Source: an uncultured virus (IMG/VR IMGVR_UViG_3300042430_001364)
Lineage: Duplodnaviria > Heunggongvirae > Uroviricota > Caudoviricetes
Virus record (IMG/VR): IMGVR_UViG_3300042430_001364
Length of the DNA stretch: 64,000 nt
Direction: 5' to 3' (one strand)
Part shown: in pieces, positions 48,334 to 57,910 of the stretch
Numbering within the stretch: the stretch's first letter is position 1
How the letters are laid out: every line of letters starts with the position of its first letter
Notes under the pieces: model-generated
Database searches by the model: none
What the model saw: only the letters and a program-made list of their open reading frames with translations
What the model was told of the DNA's origin: nothing
Program-made: the position numbers and the translations under genes

Positions 48334-51300
48334 ATGGCAAACATACTATCAATTCAAGGAAAAGTTACTGGTATTAATGAGTCTGTTCAAGCGCAAGAAA
48401 AGGCGCTTAAGCCGCTTAATATACAAGCTAATGTTAAATTAAATGAAGGGTCATTAGGAAAATTATCTCAGCCACTTGGAAGGGTTACTGGGCTTGCTAC
48501 AGAGTTTGAAAAGTCTATCGCAGCATCTAATGCTCGTGTTATCGCCTTCGGCGCTTCGGTAGGTATCATAAACGGTATTCAAAACGCCTTTGCAAGCCTT
48601 GTAACAACGACAATAGAAGTCCAAAAAAGTTTAGCTCAAATCGGTGCCGTTAGCGGAAAAAGCGGAGATGAGCTTAATCGTTTCGGTGATAGTCTTTTTG
48701 AATTGGCGAAAAATACTGGACAATCATTTAAAATAGCAAGCGAAGCCGCCGTTGAATTCTCTCGTCAAGGTTTAAGTTTGCAGGAAACCTTATCTAGAAC
48801 TAACGATGCTTTAACGCTGGCTAGATTCACTTCTTTAAGCGCGGCTGATGCTGTTGATGTTTTAACTGCTGCGGTAAATTCTTTCGGCAGTTCAGGATTA
48901 ACAACCTCAGAGATTTTAAATAAATTAGTCGCCGTAGATAGCAAATTCGCCGTTTCTGCTGCTGATTTAGCTAACGGTTTATCTCGCGCTGGATCTATCG
49001 CTCAAGATGTTGGCGTATCTTTTGACGAATTAAACGGCATAATTACAGCCGTTCAAGAAAAGACTGCGCGTGGTGGCGCTGTAATTGGTAACGCATTTAA
49101 ATCTATTTTCACAAGAATCAGATCTGAAGATACGATTCAAGCTTTACAAAAAATAGGCATTTCTTCGGTAGATGCTGCTGGCAACGTAAGACCAGTCGTT
49201 CCAATCCTTAAAGAATTGGCGTCAACTTTAAATACTCTATCTGGCACAGAAAAAATTCAAGCATTAGAAGCGGTAGGTAGCAAATACAACATCAACATTT
49301 TAAATGCTTTACTTCAAGATTTAAATTCTGCGGAAAGTCAATTTGATAAATCAAAAACAACATCTTCTAATGCAAGTAGTGAAGCTTATCAAAGACAAAT
49401 AGAATTAAATAAATCGCTAGATGCGATAATCAATAGCGTTTCTGTTTCCACGGATAAATTAGCAAATTCAATAGGACGAATTGGAGTATCGGATAATTTA
49501 AAAGGTTTGTTAAACTTTTTCGGGGATTTAGTATCGTCAATTAATAGTGTTATAGATTCAGAAGGAATTGGGGGAAATATAGCAAAAGGTTTAATTAGCG
49601 GCTTAGGAGGAGTGTTTTTTAAAGTAGGTATTCCTGTATTGACTGCTTTGTTTGTAATATTAACAAAAAATATTATTCAGTTCGGGGCTGAATCTTTACA
49701 GACTATTCTAGGATTAAATTCTAAAGTAAAAGAAAGAGAGGCTTTAGAGCAAGCGGTATATAATACATTGATTAGTAACGAAAGCGTAATGCAGCGGATG
49801 AACTCTCTTGCTGGAGATAGAAAAGCGCAAGAAAAAGCTTTGTTGAAAATTTATAATGATCAAGAAATTGCTTTAAAAAAGGTTAGAGATATATCTGTCG
49901 CTCTTGCCCCAGCTATTCAAACAGGTGGATTTAGCGCGACATCAGGGAAACTTGTAAAGAAAGGCTCATCTGGATATTTACCAGCTCAAGAAGCCGCCGA
50001 TGTTAGCCGTGGAGTTGGAGGAGCTAGCTCTTCATCTAAAGTAGTTTCTATTCCAAATTTTGCTTTTGGTGGCGGCAAAAAGGGAACAATGATCGCTAAT
50101 ACTAGCGAGTATATTGTGCCTAATTACGCTAACGGTGGATCGGCTATCTTTAACCAAGATATGATTAGATCATTTGGCCTTCCTGCTGGAGCTAAAAAAC
50201 TCGGAGCAGCTGGTGGATACGTTCCAAATTTTGCTAATGAAATAGGAGTTAGACCAGCATCTACTATAGCTGGAGATGATTTTGAAGAAAGAGTCCGTGA
50301 TTATTTGGGCGTGCCTGAAACAAGAGGATCGAACGCAATTTTTGATTTTTATCCTGGCGATTTAGATAAAGCCCCTCAAGACAAAAAAAATGCTTTAGGT
50401 GTTAAAGGATCTTGGGGAGATCTTAAACTTAATTTTAATGAGTACGCTAGAAAAAGTATATTAGCCAAATTAATAAACGGCAACCAAGATACCGCTCCAG
50501 ATAAAATAATAAAGGCAACAAAAGCTAATAGACAATCTATTTCGCTTAACGAAACTTCACAAATTGATGGAGCAACTCTTTTTTATAAAGCTTTTGACAA
50601 TAATCCAAAACAAGGACAATCAGAGATTAAACAAACATTGGGGACAATTTTAAAAGAAGGAAAACAATCTACAAAACTTTTAAGTTTATTTGATGAAATT
50701 AGAACTGATCCTGGCGCTGTTAAAAAAGTAGGTATGCTAAAAAATAATGCGGGCAAAAAAATGTCCAGCATAATGGTAAAGGCGAATTTAGAAGAAAACG
50801 CTATTATTGATCCTGAGTCTTTTCAAACAGGAGCCGCTTCATTAGGTTACATTCCTAACTTTGCAGACCCATTAAAAGCTGCCGTTGAAAGAGAAATGGC
50901 GGCTGGATTAGATCCTTCTCAAATCCGCATCACAAAAGACGCAAGATTAAAAAATGGAAAAAATCCAGAAGGATTTGCCGTCATTAACACAAGAGACGAA
51001 CCAGATGGGAAGATTCCAAATTTTGCCGACGATAAACCAGCTCAAGGCTCAGGAATGTTTGGGGGTAATAGAAAAGATAAAAGAGCCGCACTAAAAGAGT
51101 TAGATTCAATTGCAGGACAAAAAAAAGAAATAGAGTCATCTAATATTTTAAGCGACGCAAAGAACAAACTAACTAAAGAAATTATTTTAAGTCAGATAGC
51201 TTATAGAAATGGATCAATTAACGAAAATAATTTAATAGAAAAGATAAAGTCTTTATCTGTGACTTACGGGTTAAACGAAACTGCGCAAAAAAATCTTTTA

Positions 51301-54300
51301 ACAAATACTGAAAGTTTTATATCTAAAATAAAATCAAGTCCAGCGGCAAATATAAAAAATTTGCCATTCCCAAGTTTAGAAGGAGTACCTGTTTCAAAAA
51401 CAAGCAAAGCAAATAAAGAGCCACAAGAATTTAATCCTACAAAATTTTTCGCATTACAAGCGGCAGCAGTAGGAGCTACATCAGCAATGCAATCTTTAGC
51501 TAAAGAAGGATCAGGAGCTGCAATGAGTTTAGAAGCTGCTGGAGGAGTTTTAGGGACCGTGTTTACGGGGCTTTCTTTTATAGGCACGAAAATAAATCCT
51601 TTGGTTGCCGTAGTAAGCGTTGCGACATCTGCTTTTGCTAATTTAGCTCCAGTAATAGGCAAATATATAAGTTCACTAGAAACAGAAGGAGAAAGATTTT
51701 CCAAGCAATTAAAAGAATTGGGCGATCAGGCCAAAAAAACAGGAGAAGAATTAACTGCGGAAAAGATTTTAGGTTTATTGGGGGATGCAAAAACAAAAGG
51801 AGAAGAAGCTAAAGAACAACAATCCCTTGAACTACAAGTTTTAAATCAAGCTAACAGTTTAGGAGTAACATCTAGCAGCGGGGATGCTAATGGTTTAAGT
51901 GAGTCAGAAATACAAAATATATTAAACGTACTCCGAGCAATGGGGGGCGTTGAAGGCGTTGGGATAGATAAAAAAATAAACAAAGATATATTAACAAGTT
52001 TTCTAACACAATCTACAAAATTACAGACAATTCCTAGCCCAGAATTAGGAGAAGAACTTAAAGTAAGAAAATTTGACTTAAATGCTTTTAGAGAAGTTTC
52101 AAGGAGACCTTTGGAAGAAGTTGTAGCAAAAGCAAAAAAGAGAGCTGAAACAAATATTGATTTACGTGAATCGGGCGGAGTTAGAGAACTTCAAAAAAGA
52201 GAAGTTATTTTAGCCAGACAAGCAGAACAGGAGTTTTTAATAAACGACGCTTATCAAAGAAGAATTAATACGTTAGACGAAGAATCTAAAAAACTTAGAG
52301 AGAATAATTCAATTCTTACTGAAAAACAAAAAATTGAAAAAGAATTAATAAATTCGCAACAAAGAATAAACGCGGAAGCGAAAAAAGAAAGAGAATTAAG
52401 TATTTTATCTGTAAGAACTTCTCTTCAAAAAGCAAAAGAACAAGGATCTCTTGTGTCTTACAAGCCATTGGTAAAAAATAGTCCATTTATAAATAGAGAA
52501 TCATATGATCAAGAATCAAATTTTAATATAAAATCAATATTAAATTCGGATTTTTCAAGACCTTCTTCTGTAGCTAGGAAGGGTTCTATTTCTGCGTTAG
52601 AAAACCCTTTTGTAAATAATAGAAAAATACCTATACCAAGATATGGAGATGATTTAGGAAAAGATGCTAAAGGGCCATTAGAAAATTTATCTGACGATAC
52701 TATAAAACAAATTTTATCTAAAATTAACCAAGGAGAGGGGCAACAAGCGGCGGCTAGTTTAATACCTGGTTTTGCGAAAGCAAGTATAGAATCTCAAACA
52801 AAAGTTTTAGATAGTTTAAAACCAGCAGCTGAGTCTTTAAGAAAAGCCGATATCGGAGAAGCGAACAGGTTATTTAAAGCTGCTATTGAAAAAGCTATTC
52901 CTCAAACAGATAAGAATGCGAAAGAAATAGAAGGTTTAAATAGCATCATTGCAAACTCAACGCAAGCTAATGAACTGTACGCTCAAAATGTAGAGTTAGC
53001 TGCCCAAAAATACGAAATCGACGCTAAAAATAAAGCAATCTCTGCTCGTATTGAAGTAGATAACATGGCTAAAAATGCTAAAGTTGATGACGAACTAACG
53101 GCATTTAAAAAAGTTACTTTGGAGCAGTATAAAACAGGTTATACCGAAGATGTAAAGCGAGCTAATATCGCTAAAAAATTAACGGATGCAGAAGACGCTT
53201 TAGTCAGATCAGAAAACGATAAAAACGAAAACAACAAAGTTGATGTGGCTTTAACGAGACAAAGATTTGGTGCGGAAAGAAACGAAATCAGAAGAAAGAT
53301 TACTATTCAAGATGCATATAATTCTCAAATAAGTCAATTGGCTTTAGATCAAAAAGTAGCAGATGAACTTAGATTAGAAAAATCTAGTTTAATTGATGCC
53401 ACAAGAAAGTTAACGGCTCAATATAATAATTTAGCGGCGGTTACAGAAAACGAAAAAACTAAAATATCAAATCAATTAGGTAGTGAAATTATATCTACAA
53501 TATCTAAAGGAGACGCTTACTCTGGAACTTCAATTAATTTAAGGGAACAAGCCAAAGCTTCTGTATTAAAACAAAATCTTAAAGGTAAAGAATTTAAAGA
53601 TCTTTCTTTGGAAGAGCGCTCTAACTTAACAACTGGAAAAGCTAACACTATCGGACAAAACCTGAGAATCGAAGGTTCTGGTTTATTAGATGAAGCTAAA
53701 ACATTTCAACAAATACTTGGGCAAGATACCCCAAAAGCATTAGCTGACGGTTTAACTGAAGCTATGAAAGTTGGTCTTTCTGGGGCCGATAATATTGGAG
53801 AAGCTTTACAAAATGTAGCTAAATCTTTCCTGCAAACAATTCAATCCGCAATGTTAGAGTCTGCCTCTAAAAATATAGTTGGAAGTTTTACTGCTGCTAT
53901 TGGAGGATCTCAAGGAGGATACGTTAAAAAATTCGCTACTGGCGGTATGGTTACTGGCGGATCTGGAATCCGTGATGACGTACCAGCAATGTTAAGCGCT
54001 GGTGAATACGTTATGCGTAAATCTGCCGTTCAAAAATATGGCGCGGAAAATATCGCCAAGATGAATGATGGTGGCATTTTTCTTCCTGGTGTTCGTGGTG
54101 GATCAGCAATTTCTGGATACGATCAATTATCTAAGTTTGCAAATCAAACAACAACAAGCGGCGCTACTGATATATTGCAAGGAACTGGATCAACAGCTTA
54201 CGCTAATCTTGAAGATCAAAGCTCTAGACTCTCTAGATTTGGATTGATGAACGAAGATACTATTAAAGGAGAAGTTACTAGTGCTCAACAACAAGGTTTA

Positions 54301-55023
54301 GATCTTATCGCTAAGAGAGAAGCTTACAGAACACAGCAAAGAAAAGCTATGCAACAACAGATTATTTCTACCGTGGCTTCTATTGCTGTTGCTTATGGAG
54401 CTGGAAAATTAAGATCAGCAATGAAGACTAAACCAACAACGAAATTAGATTATGGGCAAAATAATTTTAAAGGTGGAATTGAAAATTTAAACAATACTGT
54501 TTTAAATAATCAAGGATTGGCAAATGCGATTCCAAATGATAAATTTGAAAGTTTATATTTTAATTCTGCACCTCGCGTTGGAGTTGGAAATGCAATTGGA
54601 TATAGAGGAGGAGCATATGGCGGAATGATCGCTGGATTTAACAATGGTGGCGGACCAACAGATGATATTCCAGCCTTATTAATGGGCGGCGAATACGTTA
54701 TGAATCGCGCCACCACCCGTAAGTACGGCAAACAGTATCTTGACTCAATGAATACTGGTCGCGCTAGATTTGCGGATGGCGGCGAAGTTGGCATGGACGC
54801 TACCGTAGAATCGTCAGACTCTAAGGCAAAAATTGACTCTAAAACAGGAACCGCAGTAAACATTAGCATTAATGTTTCTGGCAGTAGTTCTTCTAGTGAG
54901 TCACAAGGTCAAACATCACAAGGTGGCGTAGATTATAAGAAGATGGGAGAACGGATTAAGGCTGTAGTGCTTGAAACCATTAACGAAGAAAAACGTTTAG
55001 GGGGAGCACTCAGAAGTAGATAA
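48334..55023 (+). CDS. Tail tape measure protein (2229 aa)
   Basis: TP901-type N-terminal domain (LFELAK.TG.S...EFSRQG...DLANGLSRAGS...IGNAFKSIFTR); C-terminal FA.GG...DDVPAMLSAGEYV motifs. Confidence 0.9.
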   Translation: MANILSIQGKVTGINESVQAQEKALKPLNIQANVKLNEGSLGKLSQPLGRVTGLATEFEKSIAASNARVIAFGASVGIINGIQNAFASLVTTTIEVQKSLAQIGAVSGKSGDELNRFGDSLFELAKNTGQSFKIASEAAVEFSRQGLSLQETLSRTNDALTLARFTSLSAADAVDVLTAAVNSFGSSGLTTSEILNKLVAVDSKFAVSAADLANGLSRAGSIAQDVGVSFDELNGIITAVQEKTARGGAVIGNAFKSIFTRIRSEDTIQALQKIGISSVDAAGNVRPVVPILKELASTLNTLSGTEKIQALEAVGSKYNINILNALLQDLNSAESQFDKSKTTSSNASSEAYQRQIELNKSLDAIINSVSVSTDKLANSIGRIGVSDNLKGLLNFFGDLVSSINSVIDSEGIGGNIAKGLISGLGGVFFKVGIPVLTALFVILTKNIIQFGAESLQTILGLNSKVKEREALEQAVYNTLISNESVMQRMNSLAGDRKAQEKALLKIYNDQEIALKKVRDISVALAPAIQTGGFSATSGKLVKKGSSGYLPAQEAADVSRGVGGASSSSKVVSIPNFAFGGGKKGTMIANTSEYIVPNYANGGSAIFNQDMIRSFGLPAGAKKLGAAGGYVPNFANEIGVRPASTIAGDDFEERVRDYLGVPETRGSNAIFDFYPGDLDKAPQDKKNALGVKGSWGDLKLNFNEYARKSILAKLINGNQDTAPDKIIKATKANRQSISLNETSQIDGATLFYKAFDNNPKQGQSEIKQTLGTILKEGKQSTKLLSLFDEIRTDPGAVKKVGMLKNNAGKKMSSIMVKANLEENAIIDPESFQTGAASLGYIPNFADPLKAAVEREMAAGLDPSQIRITKDARLKNGKNPEGFAVINTRDEPDGKIPNFADDKPAQGSGMFGGNRKDKRAALKELDSIAGQKKEIESSNILSDAKNKLTKEIILSQIAYRNGSINENNLIEKIKSLSVTYGLNETAQKNLLTNTESFISKIKSSPAANIKNLPFPSLEGVPVSKTSKANKEPQEFNPTKFFALQAAAVGATSAMQSLAKEGSGAAMSLEAAGGVLGTVFTGLSFIGTKINPLVAVVSVATSAFANLAPVIGKYISSLETEGERFSKQLKELGDQAKKTGEELTAEKILGLLGDAKTKGEEAKEQQSLELQVLNQANSLGVTSSSGDANGLSESEIQNILNVLRAMGGVEGVGIDKKINKDILTSFLTQSTKLQTIPSPELGEELKVRKFDLNAFREVSRRPLEEVVAKAKKRAETNIDLRESGGVRELQKREVILARQAEQEFLINDAYQRRINTLDEESKKLRENNSILTEKQKIEKELINSQQRINAEAKKERELSILSVRTSLQKAKEQGSLVSYKPLVKNSPFINRESYDQESNFNIKSILNSDFSRPSSVARKGSISALENPFVNNRKIPIPRYGDDLGKDAKGPLENLSDDTIKQILSKINQGEGQQAAASLIPGFAKASIESQTKVLDSLKPAAESLRKADIGEANRLFKAAIEKAIPQTDKNAKEIEGLNSIIANSTQANELYAQNVELAAQKYEIDAKNKAISARIEVDNMAKNAKVDDELTAFKKVTLEQYKTGYTEDVKRANIAKKLTDAEDALVRSENDKNENNKVDVALTRQRFGAERNEIRRKITIQDAYNSQISQLALDQKVADELRLEKSSLIDATRKLTAQYNNLAAVTENEKTKISNQLGSEIISTISKGDAYSGTSINLREQAKASVLKQNLKGKEFKDLSLEERSNLTTGKANTIGQNLRIEGSGLLDEAKTFQQILGQDTPKALADGLTEAMKVGLSGADNIGEALQNVAKSFLQTIQSAMLESASKNIVGSFTAAIGGSQGGYVKKFATGGMVTGGSGIRDDVPAMLSAGEYVMRKSAVQKYGAENIAKMNDGGIFLPGVRGGSAISGYDQLSKFANQTTTSGATDILQGTGSTAYANLEDQSSRLSRFGLMNEDTIKGEVTSAQQQGLDLIAKREAYRTQQRKAMQQQIISTVASIAVAYGAGKLRSAMKTKPTTKLDYGQNNFKGGIENLNNTVLNNQGLANAIPNDKFESLYFNSAPRVGVGNAIGYRGGAYGGMIAGFNNGGGPTDDIPALLMGGEYVMNRATTRKYGKQYLDSMNTGRARFADGGEVGMDATVESSDSKAKIDSKTGTAVNISINVSGSSSSSESQGQTSQGGVDYKKMGERIKAVVLETINEEKRLGGALRSR

Positions 55024-55799
55024 TGAGCAAAAATTCATCAGTCTCTAATTACGATAATAGTTTATACATTAGCGGCCACAAAATATTTGGCGTTAATAGT
55101 GTTAATTTTGGCTACTCTCTTCCAGTTGACCATGTTAGTGTCATTGGTTATTCAAAGTTTAAAACCTTCACTTCTAGCGCGCCGCAATCTTCTTTAAGCG
55201 TTCAGAAATACTTATCTCCTGCCGATTTCTTTTTAAATTTTACAGGATTAAATCCTCTAGTTGGAGGAGTAGATTATAAAGGAAAAAAGTTTGGCTTTAA
55301 TTCGGCTTACCTTACATCGTATTCAGTTGCCGCTTCTGTTGGCAATTTCCCAAATCTAAATGCAAGCTTCTCTATATTTGGAGACGTAGGAGATGAATTT
55401 GGAGGAAATGGAGCTTCTGAAACTGGAGCTTTGAGAGTCGTAAGGCCCGGTGATATTAGAATCGAGTGCGACGGAAGCGGCACTAACAGAATTGAATCCT
55501 TTACTTATTCGTTAGAATGCAAAAGAGAAGCTTACTATCATCCAACAGGTAGCGGCGCAATGGAAGTTGTTACAGTTAAACCGTTTAAAGTAAATGCTGA
55601 TTTTACTATCGGCGTTGATGACTATGAAGCTAAAAGGGCTTTTGACTACTTGTTGAATTCTAATAGTAGAAAGATTACTATAGAGATAGGCTCATTAGCT
55701 ACATTTACAATGGACAATATGGAGCTTATATCAGAAACTTTAAATACATCTTCTACCGATGATTTGGTGATAACTCTTACATATCAAGGATTCATCTAA
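55023..55799 (+). CDS. Tail-tube-like tail tip protein
   Basis: Follows the tape measure gene; shares RPGDI and other segments with 43187-44308. Confidence 0.55.
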   Translation: MSKNSSVSNYDNSLYISGHKIFGVNSVNFGYSLPVDHVSVIGYSKFKTFTSSAPQSSLSVQKYLSPADFFLNFTGLNPLVGGVDYKGKKFGFNSAYLTSYSVAASVGNFPNLNASFSIFGDVGDEFGGNGASETGALRVVRPGDIRIECDGSGTNRIESFTYSLECKREAYYHPTGSGAMEVVTVKPFKVNADFTIGVDDYEAKRAFDYLLNSNSRKITIEIGSLATFTMDNMELISETLNTSSTDDLVITLTYQGFI

Positions 55800-56737
55800 T
55801 GTCTTTCTTTTACGATAGAGATCAAAATATATCTGGGTCTATACCTGCAACGTTAGACTATACGCCTTCTTATGGCGCTACAGTTGAATTCTCCGCAGAC
55901 TTGTCGGCATATACTACCACAGATAACTATCTGCACATTATGCCAAAAGGATTGAATCATTTGCAAATGAAAATGAATCTTCCGTTTGAGAACAAAAAGC
56001 AAGAAGATGCGCGCAAAATACTTGGTTACATTGAATCTTTAAATGGTACTGGTCATTTCTTATATACTGATCCAGCTCAAATTTATAAACCGATTCGTAT
56101 GTTTTGCGACAATATCGAAAACTCATTTAATGAAAACGATCTTCATACAGTTAGCGTATCTTTGAGTTCTGATCAAGCTGCGTCGTTGTTAAAATGGGAC
56201 ACTGCTTACGTTACAGGTAGCAATATGAAAGGCGAGTATTCTGCTGGAGTAGCTTACTCTAGATTTGATGTAGTAAGAAATATCGCCGCAAATGCAAACA
56301 ATTTATACGATTCTTTTTACTATGTCACTGGTGACATTAGCGTAGGCGAAAATACTGCGATCTCTAACTCGAAATTTACAAAAGAGTTTTTCTTTCAGCC
56401 AACTTATCCAGCTCAAGTATCAAAAGAAACATCTGTAATCAAAACAGAGCTGCCGTATTCTTTCACGAAAAGAGCTGATTTCGGAATGCACGCTAATGTT
56501 TTAAAATCATTAAAACTAGATTTCAAAGGAATTTCGGATAACGAGGCTAGATGTATTTTGCACTTTTTATGCGGTAAACAAGGATATAGAAAATTCCAAT
56601 ATAAGTTTCCAAAGATTTACGATCAAAACAAACTCTTCTTTTCAAATCAATGGAGTCACACGTTCGTTTACAAAAACGTAAATGATATTTCTTTAACTCT
56701 AATAGAAGATCCGCTTGGGGCAAGAAAGGCTTACTAA
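55799..56737 (+). CDS. Distal tail protein with two lambda-gpM-like repeats
   Basis: LPFEN...DARKILGYIE...G...F.Y and LDFKG....EARCILHFL...QG...F.Y. Confidence 0.6.
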   Translation: MSFFYDRDQNISGSIPATLDYTPSYGATVEFSADLSAYTTTDNYLHIMPKGLNHLQMKMNLPFENKKQEDARKILGYIESLNGTGHFLYTDPAQIYKPIRMFCDNIENSFNENDLHTVSVSLSSDQAASLLKWDTAYVTGSNMKGEYSAGVAYSRFDVVRNIAANANNLYDSFYYVTGDISVGENTAISNSKFTKEFFFQPTYPAQVSKETSVIKTELPYSFTKRADFGMHANVLKSLKLDFKGISDNEARCILHFLCGKQGYRKFQYKFPKIYDQNKLFFSNQWSHTFVYKNVNDISLTLIEDPLGARKAY

Positions 56738-57897
56738 TGAGAAAACTAATTTCATACGAAATGGAAATGATGTTTGTTGGTTCGCGGGATGCGTTCGTTA
56801 CTGCGAGTAACACTGGCAACGCAGTTTCTCGCTTAGACTTTATTCAGAGCTATGGCTTTTCTTTTAATATGGATCGCCAGCCGTTAAAGCAGATTGGGTC
56901 TTCAGCGTTTGCTGCAAGACATAGCCAATTATCTCCAGATGTAGAATTGGACGTTTCTTATTTATTGAATGACGGATGGAATGAAAAACATTTAGGATTA
57001 GATTTTACTGATAACGCCTACACAAATCCTTTATATACTATTTTAACTGACGATAAAGATAGAAACTTTTATGTAATGATAGCTAACGATCAAGCTAAAG
57101 ATGCTGTAGCTTCTTTTACTCCAACTGATTTTAATGTTTTGGGAATAGGTAATACGTATTTAGGTTCTTATAGTATTAGAACGTCTGTTGGTCAAATGGC
57201 CGAAGTTAGTTGCAAATACGTTGGCGCTAACGCGCAGATTACGAACTACTCAGCTACAAATTATGTTCCAGCCGTAAATACAGCTCTGGCGGGAGAAGAC
57301 TCGCAAGCGCAAAACAAGAGATATGGGTTTAATTTTTATAACGCTTCTAGACCAACTAGAATTCAAAACGCATTTACTGGAGTGTTTGATGGAGGTTGCC
57401 CTTACAACTCAACAAGTATTGTCGCTACAAACAACAGCGGATCAGCGGGAATTAAGTTTGGTTTTGTATTCGATAATTTTCAATCGTTAGATATTGCGGT
57501 TAACTTAGAAAGAAAAGCTCTTTATGGATTTGGCAGCAATTATCCTTTTGCTAGAAAGATTCAAAAACCAATAGTGGGAACAATGTCTTTGGATTCTATA
57601 GTGAATTCTTTTGATGCTGAAAAGCTTAATGAGAAGTTCACGCAAGAAGATGTGTCCGCTGCTGGTTATGATTTTGACATTTTGTTTAAAAACTCCAACC
57701 AAGATAAAAAACTAGGAGTAAAGATACAGAACGCCAAATTAGATTCGTATTCAATTAATGGTCAAATTGGCGACAAGTCTATAATTCAAACATCTTGGTC
57801 GTTTGAGATTACCGAATCGACAGGTATCTTAATATCTGGAGCTTACAATCAGCCAACGTTAAGCGCGATTTATACTAACGAATCTATCAATCCTTAA
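56737..57897 (+). CDS. Tail-tube-like tail tip protein
   Basis: IQSYGFSFNMDRQ..KQIG and IQNAKLDS.S...GD align by eye with 43187-44308. Confidence 0.6.
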   Translation: MRKLISYEMEMMFVGSRDAFVTASNTGNAVSRLDFIQSYGFSFNMDRQPLKQIGSSAFAARHSQLSPDVELDVSYLLNDGWNEKHLGLDFTDNAYTNPLYTILTDDKDRNFYVMIANDQAKDAVASFTPTDFNVLGIGNTYLGSYSIRTSVGQMAEVSCKYVGANAQITNYSATNYVPAVNTALAGEDSQAQNKRYGFNFYNASRPTRIQNAFTGVFDGGCPYNSTSIVATNNSGSAGIKFGFVFDNFQSLDIAVNLERKALYGFGSNYPFARKIQKPIVGTMSLDSIVNSFDAEKLNEKFTQEDVSAAGYDFDILFKNSNQDKKLGVKIQNAKLDSYSINGQIGDKSIIQTSWSFEITESTGILISGAYNQPTLSAIYTNESINP

Positions 57898-57910
57898 TGT
57901 AAATATAAGT

